A stretch of DNA of 61,949 bases, counting the filler. It is 8 parts of 8 records of this genome, joined end to end, with 100 filler letters (N's around TTAATTAATTAA, not from the genome) between each part and the next. Parts side by side here need not be neighbours in the genome. Positions count along the whole stretch, not along the records: positions 22,918 to 34,195 come from SRR31156797_39525; positions 34,296 to 41,623 come from SRR31156797_39563; 6 more parts are not named here. One strand, written 5' to 3'. This document shows positions 28,901 through 38,715 of the stretch, in pieces (position 1 is the stretch's first letter; every line of letters begins with the position of its first letter). Position numbers and translations under genes: made by a program. Under the pieces are notes generated by a model. The model worked only from the letters and a program-made list of their open reading frames with translations. It was not told where the DNA came from and did not search any database.

Positions 28901-29953
28901 ATGCCCATACGCAGCAAGACCTTTTGTGAGAGCTACCACGAAGACATTAAACTGCTGGATACCATCTGGAGCAAATGCTGGATGGGTCTCTTTATTCTCG
29001 GTTTACTTTTTCTGCCTTATATTTCGGACTCTTACATCGTCTATATGGTGAATCTCTCCTGCATTGCCGTTGTGGCTTCCGTGGGGCTCAACATTCTCAC
29101 CGGGTTTACGGGTCAGATTTCCCTGGGGCATGCCGCTTTTCTGGCCATCGGCGCGTACACGGCAGCCCTTCTGGGAGAGGGTCTCGGCATGCCGTTCTGG
29201 ATAACGCTTCCCGCAGGCGGTCTGGTCAGCGCCGCCGCGGGAATTCTGGTGGGGATCCCCTGCCTCAGGCTCAAGGGCCTCTATCTTGCCATGGCCACCA
29301 TGAGTTTCGGCGTGATGGTGGAATACGTCCTCATCACCTGGGGAAGTCTGACCGGCGGTGAACGGGGTATGTACATGCCCGAAGTGACGGTGCTGGGTCA
29401 CGTGCTGGATACGGACGAAAGCATGTATTACTTTCTTTTGTGTATTGCAGCCCTCATGATCATGGCGGCCAAGAATATTATCCGTACGCGGGTGGGCCGG
29501 GCATTCATCGCGGTGAGGGACCGGGACATTGCAGCGGAAGTCATGGGGGTCAACCTCACGGGGTATAAGGTCATGGCCTTTGCTTTAAGCTCCTTTTACG
29601 CCGGTGTGGCGGGGGGCATGTACGCCTATGTCATGGGACATATTCACCCGGAACACTTCACCCTCATGTCCTCCGTTGAGTATATGGCCATGATCGTCAT
29701 CGGGGGGTTGGGCAGTATCCTCGGGTCCATTTTCGGCGCCGTTTTTATTGTGGTGGTACCTGAAGGGATCAAGCTGCTGGCCCAGGGGATCGAGTCCCTT
29801 ATCCCCGCCATGCAGGGCCGTTACGATGAAGAATGGAATATTGCCGTATTCGGTCTTCTGATCATGCTGTTTCTCATTTTCGAACCGGGCGGCTTGAATG
29901 CCATCTGGCAACGGATAAAGACGGGATTTAAAAACTGGCCTTTTACATACTAA
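28901..29953 (+). CDS. HAAT ABC permease, LivM-like
   Basis: GLNILTGFTGQISLGHAAF, LRLKGLYLA and GRAFIAVRD. Confidence 0.92.
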   Translation: MPIRSKTFCESYHEDIKLLDTIWSKCWMGLFILGLLFLPYISDSYIVYMVNLSCIAVVASVGLNILTGFTGQISLGHAAFLAIGAYTAALLGEGLGMPFWITLPAGGLVSAAAGILVGIPCLRLKGLYLAMATMSFGVMVEYVLITWGSLTGGERGMYMPEVTVLGHVLDTDESMYYFLLCIAALMIMAAKNIIRTRVGRAFIAVRDRDIAAEVMGVNLTGYKVMAFALSSFYAGVAGGMYAYVMGHIHPEHFTLMSSVEYMAMIVIGGLGSILGSIFGAVFIVVVPEGIKLLAQGIESLIPAMQGRYDEEWNIAVFGLLIMLFLIFEPGGLNAIWQRIKTGFKNWPFTY

Positions 29954-30021
29954 CGGCTCATAAACCCGCCCGGGATTTTTCAAAGAAAACCCCGGGCATT
30001 TAAACAAAGGGAGGATATGGT

Positions 30022-31218
30022 ATGAGAAACAAAGGTGGATTTTTAAGGATGACGGCATTGGTTTGCATGGGTTTACTTTTGAGCGCCGGTTTGGCACTGG
30101 CCTCCGGCCGGGGCGTAACGGACGATTCGGTGGAGATGGGGTTTGTGTTGGTTAAGACAGGACCTGTGGCGGCACTGGGCATTCCCCAGGGGAACGGCAT
30201 GATCGATTACATGAACTACATTAATGAAAAGGGCGGCATTAACGGCCGCAAAATAAAGATGCTCTGGGAAGATGACGGTTTTCAGGCGCCCAAAGCCGTT
30301 GCCGCCGTTAAAAAACTCATCAGCCGGGATAAGGTCCTGACGGTTATGACCACGGGCGGCACCAATCAGACCATCGCCAACATGAAAAACATCAAACGGT
30401 ACAAGATCGCCAACATCCCAAACGCCATGGCCCTGGAGTTTTTCGATCCCCTGCACCCGTATATTTTTGCCCTGGGCGCCCTTTATGAATGGCAATACCA
30501 GGTGATCGTGGATTACATCAACGATGATCTCAAGATGAAAGATAAGAAGATCGGCGTGGTATACACAAAAAAGGAATATGGGAAAAAGGGCCTTGATGCC
30601 ATTAAGAAGCGGGCCGCCAAGTACAATATCCCCGTTGTGGCGGAACTGGTGTTGCCCACGGGTGCGGTGGATGCCTCCAGTCAGGTGCTGGCGCTGCAGA
30701 AATCCGGTGCCAACATCGTGATTACCTGCGATGTGCTGCCGCCTATCGTCTCCTTTTTGAAAACCGCTGAAAAATACAACTACTGGCCCAAAGTGTTCGG
30801 TTTTAACTGGGCCACGGACGATCTTCTGGTGAAACTCTGCGGCCCGGCCGCCAAAAATTACATCGGGTCCGGATTTGTGGGTAGCTGGACCGACGATACC
30901 CCCGGGATCAAACTGGTTCGGGAGATCGCCGAAAAATACAACCGAAAACCCAAACTGACCAGCCTCTATATCGGCGGTATCGGCGTTTCCATGCTTTTTG
31001 CCGAAGCCATTAAAAGGGCCGGCAAAGACCTGAACCCCGACACACTGAAAAATGCTCTGGAAACCCTCCGGGATTTTGACACGGGCGGTATTTTCCCACC
31101 GGTTACCTATACGCCCAAAAGCCACGCGCCGGCAAAAAAGGTGAAACTGTATAAGGCCGACGTGGATAAGAAGTGCCTGGTGCCGCTGACCGATTGGCGC
31201 AGCCCCAAGGATCTCTAA
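30022..31218 (+). CDS. HAAT ABC periplasmic substrate-binding protein
   Basis: Signal peptide, GVTDD and INEKGGINGRKI...DD. Confidence 0.9.
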   Translation: MRNKGGFLRMTALVCMGLLLSAGLALASGRGVTDDSVEMGFVLVKTGPVAALGIPQGNGMIDYMNYINEKGGINGRKIKMLWEDDGFQAPKAVAAVKKLISRDKVLTVMTTGGTNQTIANMKNIKRYKIANIPNAMALEFFDPLHPYIFALGALYEWQYQVIVDYINDDLKMKDKKIGVVYTKKEYGKKGLDAIKKRAAKYNIPVVAELVLPTGAVDASSQVLALQKSGANIVITCDVLPPIVSFLKTAEKYNYWPKVFGFNWATDDLLVKLCGPAAKNYIGSGFVGSWTDDTPGIKLVREIAEKYNRKPKLTSLYIGGIGVSMLFAEAIKRAGKDLNPDTLKNALETLRDFDTGGIFPPVTYTPKSHAPAKKVKLYKADVDKKCLVPLTDWRSPKDL

Positions 31219-31245
31219 TCTTTTTCGGGAATTCAAAATTGAACA

Positions 31246-31275
31246 AGAGCCCCGGTATTCTCATGTCGGGGCTTT
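31246..31275 (+). terminator. Probable terminator/stabilising hairpin after the binding-protein gene
   Basis: AGCCCCGG...TCGGGGCT stem followed by TTTATT. Confidence 0.55.
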
Positions 31276-31307
31276 ATTGTATTGACCAGGCGCCGGGGAG
31301 GCGGATA

Positions 31308-32453
31308 ATGCAGCTCTTTAATGATGATCACCAACAGTTCAGGGAAACCGTTCGAAAGTTTGTGGCCGGGGAAATAACGCCCCATGGCGCTGAATGGGAA
31401 AAGAACGGGGCAATACCCAAAGATCTGTGGCGAAAAATGGGGGCCTTGGGTTTCCTGGGGTTCTGCTATGATGAGGTCTATGGCGGCCTGAATCTTGATG
31501 CTGTTTACAGCGTGGTCCTGGCTGAAGAATTGACCCGGTCGCGATGCGGGGGGGTTGAAGTGGCGGTTTCGGTTCATAATGACATGTCGACCACCTACCT
31601 GGATCTGCTGGGAACAAAGGATCAGAAAACAAAATTTCTAACGCCTTGTATCAAAGGAGAGGCTGTTTGCGCCATCGCCGTCACGGAACCCGATGCCGGT
31701 ACCGATGTGGCGGCGATCAGGACAACGGCCATGGGGGACGGCAATGATTATGTCATTAATGGGCAGAAGACTTTTATTTCCAACGGTCATAGCGCGGACA
31801 TCATTATTGTTGCAGCCAAAACCGATCCCAAATGTGCGGAGGCTTATAAAGGCATCAGCCTTTTGGTTGTCGAAAAGGGAACCAAGGGGTTTACGGCGGG
31901 TCGAAAACTGGAAAAAATGGGCAGCCATGCCTGCGATACGGCGGAGCTGTTTTTTGAGGATTGTCGCGTGCCCGCCGATAATCTTCTGGGAGACCCCGGT
32001 TCCGGTTTTAAGGCTATTATGAAAAATTTTCAGAAGGAAAGGCTGATTGCCGCCGTTATGTCCACGGCATACTGTGAACAGATGATCCGCGACACCCTTC
32101 AATATGTGAAAGAGCGGAAAGTTTTTGGAAGGCCTGTCGGTTCTTTTCAGGTCAATAAACACAAAATGGTGGAAATGGCCTCCGAAACGGAAATGGCCAA
32201 GGTATTTGTTTACCATTGTTGTCAGGGATTTATTGCCGGTCGTGACATGATCAAGGAGATATCCATGGCAAAATATCTGGCGGGAGAACTGGTTAATCGG
32301 GTTGCCTACCAGTGTGTTCAACTGCATGGGGGCTATGGGTATATGCGGGAATATCCCATTTGCAGGGCCTATGAAAATGTGCGTCTTCACACCATTGCCG
32401 GGGGAACCACCGAAATCATGAAGGAGGTCATCGCCGCAAAAATTGGGCTTTGA
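31308..32453 (+). CDS. Acyl-CoA dehydrogenase
   Basis: AVTEPDAGTD, GQKTFISNG, QLHGGYGY and IAGGTTEIMK. Start moved to MQLF, after a GGAGG RBS. Confidence 0.93.
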   Translation: MQLFNDDHQQFRETVRKFVAGEITPHGAEWEKNGAIPKDLWRKMGALGFLGFCYDEVYGGLNLDAVYSVVLAEELTRSRCGGVEVAVSVHNDMSTTYLDLLGTKDQKTKFLTPCIKGEAVCAIAVTEPDAGTDVAAIRTTAMGDGNDYVINGQKTFISNGHSADIIIVAAKTDPKCAEAYKGISLLVVEKGTKGFTAGRKLEKMGSHACDTAELFFEDCRVPADNLLGDPGSGFKAIMKNFQKERLIAAVMSTAYCEQMIRDTLQYVKERKVFGRPVGSFQVNKHKMVEMASETEMAKVFVYHCCQGFIAGRDMIKEISMAKYLAGELVNRVAYQCVQLHGGYGYMREYPICRAYENVRLHTIAGGTTEIMKEVIAAKIGL

Positions 32454-32509
32454 TCAAACATGGAAACCGAAGGACATTGTAAGAAAACCAATCCATAAGG
32501 AGTCTGCTC

Positions 32510-33286
32510 ATGTCTCATGAACTTGTATTAGCGGGAAAAATAGATCATGTCGCGATCCTGACCCTCAATCAGCCGCCCCTCAATTCACTTTCTCGGCAGG
32601 TGATTGAGGCGCTGGACCAGGGCCTCAATGAAGTGCTGGCGGATGGAACCTGCAGGTGCATGGTTGTCACCGGCCAAGGGGAAAAGGCCTTTGCATCGGG
32701 GGCCGACATCCATGAACTGGAGACCCTTGACGAAAAGGGCGGTACCGGGTTGGTTTCCCGCGTCAAGGAAGTCTTTGATCGATTCCGCTCCTGTTCCATC
32801 CCGACCATTGCGGCCATCAACGCTCACGCACTGGGAGGTGGCTTGGAATTGGCGCTCCATTGCGATTTTCGCGTGGCTGCCGAAAACGCTCGGTTGGGGT
32901 TGCCGGAAATCAACCTGGGCGTCATGCCGGGGGCGGGTGGTACCCTGCTTTTGCCGCAATTGATCGGCTTGGCGAAAGCCCGACGGATGATCATGCAAGG
33001 AGAAATCATCGACGCCAAGACTGCTTTGGAGATGGGCCTTTTGGATCAGGTTGTTAAAGAAGATGCGCTTCAAGGGGCATTCAAAATGGCCGCATCCCTG
33101 GCTCAAAAACCGCCTTTGAGCTGCCAGGCCATCAAAAAGGCGTTCCTGGCCGGGGAGGCGTTGCCTTTCACCGATGCCATGGCAAAAGAGAGTGCGCTTT
33201 TTGGAGCGTTATGCGCCACCCGCGACAAAAAAGAAGGGGTCAGGGCCTTTCTGGAAAAGCGGAAACCAAAATTCGGGGGTTCATAA
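32510..33286 (+). CDS. Enoyl-CoA hydratase (crotonase)
   Basis: AFASGAD, GGGLELA and LPEINLG..PGAGGT; both catalytic Glu present. Confidence 0.92.
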   Translation: MSHELVLAGKIDHVAILTLNQPPLNSLSRQVIEALDQGLNEVLADGTCRCMVVTGQGEKAFASGADIHELETLDEKGGTGLVSRVKEVFDRFRSCSIPTIAAINAHALGGGLELALHCDFRVAAENARLGLPEINLGVMPGAGGTLLLPQLIGLAKARRMIMQGEIIDAKTALEMGLLDQVVKEDALQGAFKMAASLAQKPPLSCQAIKKAFLAGEALPFTDAMAKESALFGALCATRDKKEGVRAFLEKRKPKFGGS

Positions 33287-33293
33287 GGGGCAT

Positions 33294-34073
33294 CTATTTT
33301 CCTCTGATCTGTTCCATGACCCGGGTGACGGCCATAAAGTGTTCGTGTTCCTTCTGGCAGTCTTGAAAAACCTCTTTCTCTTTTTCAAGGGTCGCATTCA
33401 GGTCCAGATCCATGGCCCGGCGCAGGAGCTTTTTGGCCGAAAGGGTTGCCGCCTCCGGCATGGCGGCGATGGTATGTGCCATTTTCAGCGCTTCACCAAC
33501 CACATCCACGTCGGGATGGAACACCTGGCTGACCAGCCCGGTGGACAAGGCTTCCTGTGCCTTTATCATTCTGCCGGTCAGAACCCATTCGGCGGCTTTT
33601 GAATACCCCACCGTGCGGGGGAGAAAATAGGAACTGCCGAATTCGGGCGTCAGACCGATCCGGGTAAAAGGGCAGCCGAAAGATGCCGATTCCGATGCCA
33701 GGCGGATGTCGCAGGAAAGGGCCATGGTCATGCCCACGCCCACCGCCGGACCGTTTATGGCGGCCAGAATGGGCTTGGGGAAAAATGCCATGAGCCGCGG
33801 CAGGGAAAGGTCGTAAAACCGGGAGGGTTCTCCCGTGCCTTTGAAATGTTCATAATCGTGAACAAAGCGTTTGAGGTCCGCGCCCGCGCAAAAAGCCCGG
33901 CCGGCACCCGTCAGGATCACCACCCGGACCGTGTTATCGTTTGATGCCTGTAAGAGCGCCTCTTTCAAGCTGTTTCGCATCTCTTCGTTCATGGCGTTCA
34001 GAACGTCGGGTCGATTGAGCTTTACGACGGCAACGGATTCATGAGCGTGGTAACGGACGGTTTCGGATTCCAT
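33294..34073 (-). CDS. Enoyl-CoA hydratase/isomerase family protein
   Basis: AFCAGAD, NGPAVGVG and IGLTPEFG; start at MESETV. Confidence 0.9.
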   Translation of the reverse strand: MESETVRYHAHESVAVVKLNRPDVLNAMNEEMRNSLKEALLQASNDNTVRVVILTGAGRAFCAGADLKRFVHDYEHFKGTGEPSRFYDLSLPRLMAFFPKPILAAINGPAVGVGMTMALSCDIRLASESASFGCPFTRIGLTPEFGSSYFLPRTVGYSKAAEWVLTGRMIKAQEALSTGLVSQVFHPDVDVVGEALKMAHTIAAMPEAATLSAKKLLRRAMDLDLNATLEKEKEVFQDCQKEHEHFMAVTRVMEQIRGK

Positions 34074-34195
34074 AAAATATGCCTTTCCAATGATGTTATT
34101 TTGAATGGGAGCAATATATATGAAAATTAATCGGTATTCAATCAGTTTTACATCCTCATAAACTCGGCTCATCGCGGATTAACGTGAATTTGTCA

Positions 34196-34295
34196 NNNNN
34201 NNNNNNNNNNNNNNNNNNNNNNNNNNNNNNNNNNNNNNNTTAATTAATTAANNNNNNNNNNNNNNNNNNNNNNNNNNNNNNNNNNNNNNNNNNNN
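34196..34295. other. Artificial contig linker
   Basis: N44-TTAATTAATTAA-N44. Confidence 0.98.
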
Positions 34296-35396
34296 GACGA
34301 CAACTTTTTGTCCTGGGTAGACAAAGTCATTTTTGATATTGTTCAAACTGCGGAATTGATCCATTGAGATCCCATGTTTATTGGCGATCGACCAGACTGA
34401 ATCACCAGAAACTACGGTATAGGTATTGCCTGATGTAGTTGCTGAAGTATTACGATTGACGATCGATACCGTAGAAGTTGCCGAAGTGCTTTGGGTGCTG
34501 CCGTTGACTTTCAACGTTTGCCCTGGATAAACAAAATCATTTTTGATGTTGTTCAAGCTGCGCAACTGGTCCATGGAGATGCCATGTTTGTTAGCGATCG
34601 ACCATACAGAGTCGCCCGAAGCGACTGTATACGTTTGACTGCCGCTCGTGCTGACAGCCGCCGTTGTAGTCGTAGTATTGGTTGATGCGCTAGCTGTGGC
34701 ACCACCACCGGCATTGCCAGAAGCAGGTGTGTCGTATTGTGTCAAACCAAATTGTTGGATCACTGCATTCAGGGAAGAAGCATAATTGGGTGCAGTCGCA
34801 TAGCGGCCTGCTAGCCATGCGGTTGCATCAAGATATGAAGTCGTATTGCTTTTCCAAGCGCCAGAATAATATGAAACGCCGCTTTGTAAAGAGGTTGAGC
34901 GTAAAGTACGTGCGTTATCTTCGAATGATTGCGTGTATGATGGGTAGCGCTTAAAGGGTTCATTCATAGTCAACCATTGATTGTTTAAGTACTCCAAAGT
35001 ACTCATATAAACGGTTTGACCGTTGTAGCTGCCTTTGATCCCGAATAGATTATAATTCGGTGCTTTTGATAAACTGCTTCGGCCCCAACCACTTTCTAAA
35101 ATGGCTTGTGCGATCATCACAGAAGCATATAAATCGTTGGCTTGTGCCACGGGCTGAGCGTAAGTAGCGATTTCGGCAATAAATGCGGAAGTATTCGGCG
35201 CGGCAAAATTGCTAGTAGAAACTTGGACGATCGAGGTCTCTACGGCTTCTGCTTGAACCGATGACACCAATGGAGCTACAACAGAGCAAGCAGTCAGTGT
35301 CGTTCCTAAAACAACTGCACTTTTTTTGATCACTCGATACTTATCGCCCGATTGGTCTGCTTGACGATGTACTTTTCTTGATTGACTCGTGTTCAT
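34296..35396 (-). CDS. GH73 glucosaminidase/muramidase autolysin with at least two LysM repeats; 3'-truncated
   Basis: [17 protein letters not shown] and YATAPNY; two near-identical [22 protein letters not shown] LysM units. Confidence 0.93.
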
Positions 35397-35687
35397 GTCC
35401 GTTATTCCTCCGTTTTTTCCTTATAGTGAACGTAGGTTTAGTATACAATTTCTTAAGAATTTATAAAAGGTATTTGAGCCGATTTCAGAAACTGTAAACT
35501 CTTTGTAATCAAACGAACATTTATTGAAATGAAGAGTTTGTATTTAACCCAACGAAAAATATTCCTTGGCAGTGGGATGCTCCCTGAATGGTTCCCTGCT
35601 TTTTCCGTCTTGCGATAAATGCTATAATACCTTCTAGATGTCTCTTTGCTTGAAGGGACAGAAATTCTCTAGAAACGAGGCTTTTCC

Positions 35688-36338
35688 ATGCATAAAAAAC
35701 TTTATTTTCAATTTGCCGGCAGCTGCTTTTTACTGCTGTTCGTTTTTCTCGGCTATCTCGTGAAATTTTATCCTACTTGGTTGGTCTCCTTTGACGAAAC
35801 CTTGACTCGCATCATCCGCACCGGCTATCCATTTTGGACACCGTTTTTTCTATGGGTCACAAAATTTGCGAATCCTACCACGATCATCTTGCTCTTTCTT
35901 GCTGTTTTAGCCGTTTTAGTGATCAATAAATATTATGCAGAAGCACTATGGCTCAGTATCGGCACCATCGGGATTGCTGGGCTCTTTAATCCATTGATCA
36001 AACTGGTCTTTTTACGGGAGCGCCCAACTCTTGAACACTTAGTCACGGAATCAAGTTTCAGTTTCCCCAGTGGACACTCGACGGGCAGTATGATTTTTTA
36101 TGGAACCTTGCTCTTCTTGGTCCCAGTTTTCTTCAAGCAGCCTTTTTGGCAATGGGGCATCCGCCTTTTGCTGGGCCTTTTGATTGGCTGCATCGGCATC
36201 AGCCGTATTTATGTTGGTGTGCATTTCCCCAGTGATGTGTTAGGCGGTTTTTGTGTTGGCCTGTCTTGGCTGCTGTTGACCTATCCGTACTACTTGCAAA
36301 AACGCTTTGTCTGGCGCTTCACGCGTAAACAATTATAA
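35688..36338 (+). CDS. PAP2-family membrane phosphatase
   Basis: K..FLRERP, FPSGH and SRIYVGVHFPSDV. Confidence 0.92.
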   Translation: MHKKLYFQFAGSCFLLLFVFLGYLVKFYPTWLVSFDETLTRIIRTGYPFWTPFFLWVTKFANPTTIILLFLAVLAVLVINKYYAEALWLSIGTIGIAGLFNPLIKLVFLRERPTLEHLVTESSFSFPSGHSTGSMIFYGTLLFLVPVFFKQPFWQWGIRLLLGLLIGCIGISRIYVGVHFPSDVLGGFCVGLSWLLLTYPYYLQKRFVWRFTRKQL

Positions 36339-36352
36339 AAGAAGGTAAAAAA

Positions 36353-37336
36353 ATGAATCCATTTCCTTATGCAGAAGATAAAAACAAACGATACCATTCA
36401 TGGAACTTTGCTTTGCGGCAAGAATTTGGCGAAAAAATCTTTAAAGTTCCCATCGATGCGGGCTTCGACTGCCCCAATCGTGACGGCACCGTTGCCAAAG
36501 GCGGCTGTACATTTTGCAGTGTGTCCGGTTCTGGCGATATGATCGTAGCTCCTGAAGCCCCACTGCCAGAGCAGTTTGAAAAAGAGATCGCCATGATGCA
36601 CAAAAAGTGGCCACAAGTGGACAAATACATTGTCTATTTTCAAAACTTTACGAACACCCACGCACCGGTGGCAGTGATCCGCGAGCGCTTCGAGCAAGTA
36701 CTGACACTACCTGGTGTTGTCGGCATCTCCATTGGGACCCGACCAGACTGCTTACCAGCAGATGTCGTTGACTATCTGGCAGAGCTCAATCAACGCTTTT
36801 ATTTATGGGTCGAATTAGGACTGCAAACGACTTTTGAAACCACGAGCAATGCCATCAACCGCGCCCATGATTATCAAACCTACTTAGACGGCGTCGCCAG
36901 CCTGCGCAAACACAATATTCGTGTCTGTACCCATTTGATCAATGGCCTGCCAGGCGAGACGATCGAGATGATGCAAGAAAACGTCCGCCGCACCATTCAA
37001 GATTCTGATATCCAAGGCATCAAACTGCACCTGCTGCATTTGATGCGCAATACTCGGATGCTGCGGGATTATCATGAGGGACGTTTGCAATTGATGCGGC
37101 GCGATACCTATGTGTCATTGATCTGCGATCAGTTAGAAATGATCCCCCCAGAGATCATCATTCATCGCTTGACAGGCGATGCACCATGGGATTCTCTGGT
37201 AGGTCCAATGTGGAGTTTGAAAAAATGGGAAGTCTTGAATGAGATCGATCAAGAAATGCTACGCCGCAACTCCTATCAAGGGAAATTCAACGTGCGAAAG
37301 GAGCTTGTCAATGCTTCCGACCGCCATGCGCTATAG
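36353..37336 (+). CDS. ytqA: TIGR01212 radical SAM protein (YtqA/MnmL-like)
   Basis: GFDCPNRDG...GGCTFC, GTRPD and ELGLQT; paired with ytqB. Confidence 0.9.
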   Translation: MNPFPYAEDKNKRYHSWNFALRQEFGEKIFKVPIDAGFDCPNRDGTVAKGGCTFCSVSGSGDMIVAPEAPLPEQFEKEIAMMHKKWPQVDKYIVYFQNFTNTHAPVAVIRERFEQVLTLPGVVGISIGTRPDCLPADVVDYLAELNQRFYLWVELGLQTTFETTSNAINRAHDYQTYLDGVASLRKHNIRVCTHLINGLPGETIEMMQENVRRTIQDSDIQGIKLHLLHLMRNTRMLRDYHEGRLQLMRRDTYVSLICDQLEMIPPEIIIHRLTGDAPWDSLVGPMWSLKKWEVLNEIDQEMLRRNSYQGKFNVRKELVNASDRHAL

Positions 37337-37889
37337 CCACACCCTTTTAAAAGAAGTTGTGCAACCGGGACATACCGCTGTTGATGCCACGATGGGCAAC
37401 GGCTTTGACACGGAATTACTGGCTTCCTTAGTTGGGCCGACTGGTCAGGTGTTTGCTTTTGATATTCAAGAACAAGCCCTCCAAGCCACCAAAAAACGTT
37501 TGACTGAAAAAGAGCTGTTGCCGCAAGTTCAGCTGATCCATCAAGGCCATGAGACGTTGGCAGATGTTGTGAGTGGTCCGGTTCACGCCGCCATTTTCAA
37601 TTTAGGCTACTTGCCTAAAGGGGACAAAGCGATCATCACGCTGCCTGATACAACGAAAACGGCTTTAGAAGCTTTACTGACACGTTTAGTCCCGAAAGGT
37701 AGAATCATCCTCGTCTGCTATTATGGACACGCTGGCGGCGAAGCAGAGCTGAAAGAAGTCCACTCCTTTTGTCAGCAGCTGCCGCAAGAGGAATATAATG
37801 TCCTTTCCTATCAATTTATCAATCAGCGCAACCAGCCGCCGATCTTATTTTGTATCGAACGAAAAAACCATCAGTCCTCGGCACGTTAA
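37311..37889 (+). CDS. ytqB: SAM-dependent tRNA methyltransferase (YtqB/MnmM-like)
   Basis: VDATMGNGFDT, FDIQ and FNLGYLP; AAGGAG RBS before the ATG at 37311. Confidence 0.88.
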   Translation: MLPTAMRYSHTLLKEVVQPGHTAVDATMGNGFDTELLASLVGPTGQVFAFDIQEQALQATKKRLTEKELLPQVQLIHQGHETLADVVSGPVHAAIFNLGYLPKGDKAIITLPDTTKTALEALLTRLVPKGRIILVCYYGHAGGEAELKEVHSFCQQLPQEEYNVLSYQFINQRNQPPILFCIERKNHQSSAR

Positions 37890-37915
37890 GGTGTCGATCG
37901 ACTGATGGTTTTTTT
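37862..37915. terminator. Bidirectional intrinsic terminator
   Basis: AAAAAACCATCAGTC...GACTGATGGTTTTTT between convergent genes. Confidence 0.8.
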
Positions 37916-38693
37916 ATTCACTAAAAAGCCATTGCAGGACTCGTTGGATCCATTGATCCCAAAAATTCCAATCATGATCCCCAGTTCCCGATTCAAACGT
38001 TACGGCTAGTTTGCGTTTTTGCAGCTTATCCACCGCATATTCACTTGCCGGATACAGCTGATCCTCGGTTCCGCAGCTAATAAAAAAGCGCGGCGCGGTG
38101 CTTGGATCGATGGTCTCAATCAGATGGATCAAATCATTTTCTGACCCTTTGAATTGCTCTAAAGGGCCAAAGATTCCTTCCCAATAAGCTTGGCTTCGCA
38201 GCTGCAGCAAGGAATCCATGCTTTCAGCCAGCGCTAATGCGCCAGACAAAGACGCTACCGCCGCAAACTGGTCAGGCTTGCGCAGCCCAAGTTTTACTGC
38301 CCCATAGCCCCCCATCGAGAGACCTGCTGCAAAAGTTTTTTCTCGTTTTTGCGTCAGTTGAGGAAACAGTTCATGACAAATTTGTGGTAATTCTTCGGCG
38401 ATAAACGTCCAATACTTCATTTCGTAGGTCGTATCGGTATACCAGCCCAGATCAGTAGACGGCATGATGACCGCTAGTTGATACTCTGCGGCATATCGCT
38501 CGATCGACGTCCGTCGCTGCCAGACACTATGATTTCCGTTCATCCCATGCAATAAATAAAGCACCGGGAGATCTGTGCCCGTTGATTGGCTTTGCGTGCC
38601 GATTTTTTTCTTGGTACTTTGAGGCAAGATCACATTGATCATTACCTCCATTTCAAGAACATTTGAATAGATATTTGCTTGTAAAAAAGCCAT
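37914..38693 (-). CDS. Tributyrin-esterase-like alpha/beta hydrolase
   Basis: YLLHG, GLSMGG nucleophile motif and HDW. Confidence 0.9.
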   Translation of the reverse strand: MAFLQANIYSNVLEMEVMINVILPQSTKKKIGTQSQSTGTDLPVLYLLHGMNGNHSVWQRRTSIERYAAEYQLAVIMPSTDLGWYTDTTYEMKYWTFIAEELPQICHELFPQLTQKREKTFAAGLSMGGYGAVKLGLRKPDQFAAVASLSGALALAESMDSLLQLRSQAYWEGIFGPLEQFKGSENDLIHLIETIDPSTAPRFFISCGTEDQLYPASEYAVDKLQKRKLAVTFESGTGDHDWNFWDQWIQRVLQWLFSE

Positions 38694-38715
38694 ACAATCA
38701 CCTGCGATCCTTTTT

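Noticed and set aside
30073-31236. 387-aa antisense ORF, and similar long antisense ORFs at 24482-27030 and 31638-32390
   Set aside because: These are shadows of well-supported genes in GC-rich DNA and show no recognisable motifs.
34296-34640. Direct DNA repeats in the Enterococcus contig
   Set aside because: Explained by tandem LysM domains of the autolysin.
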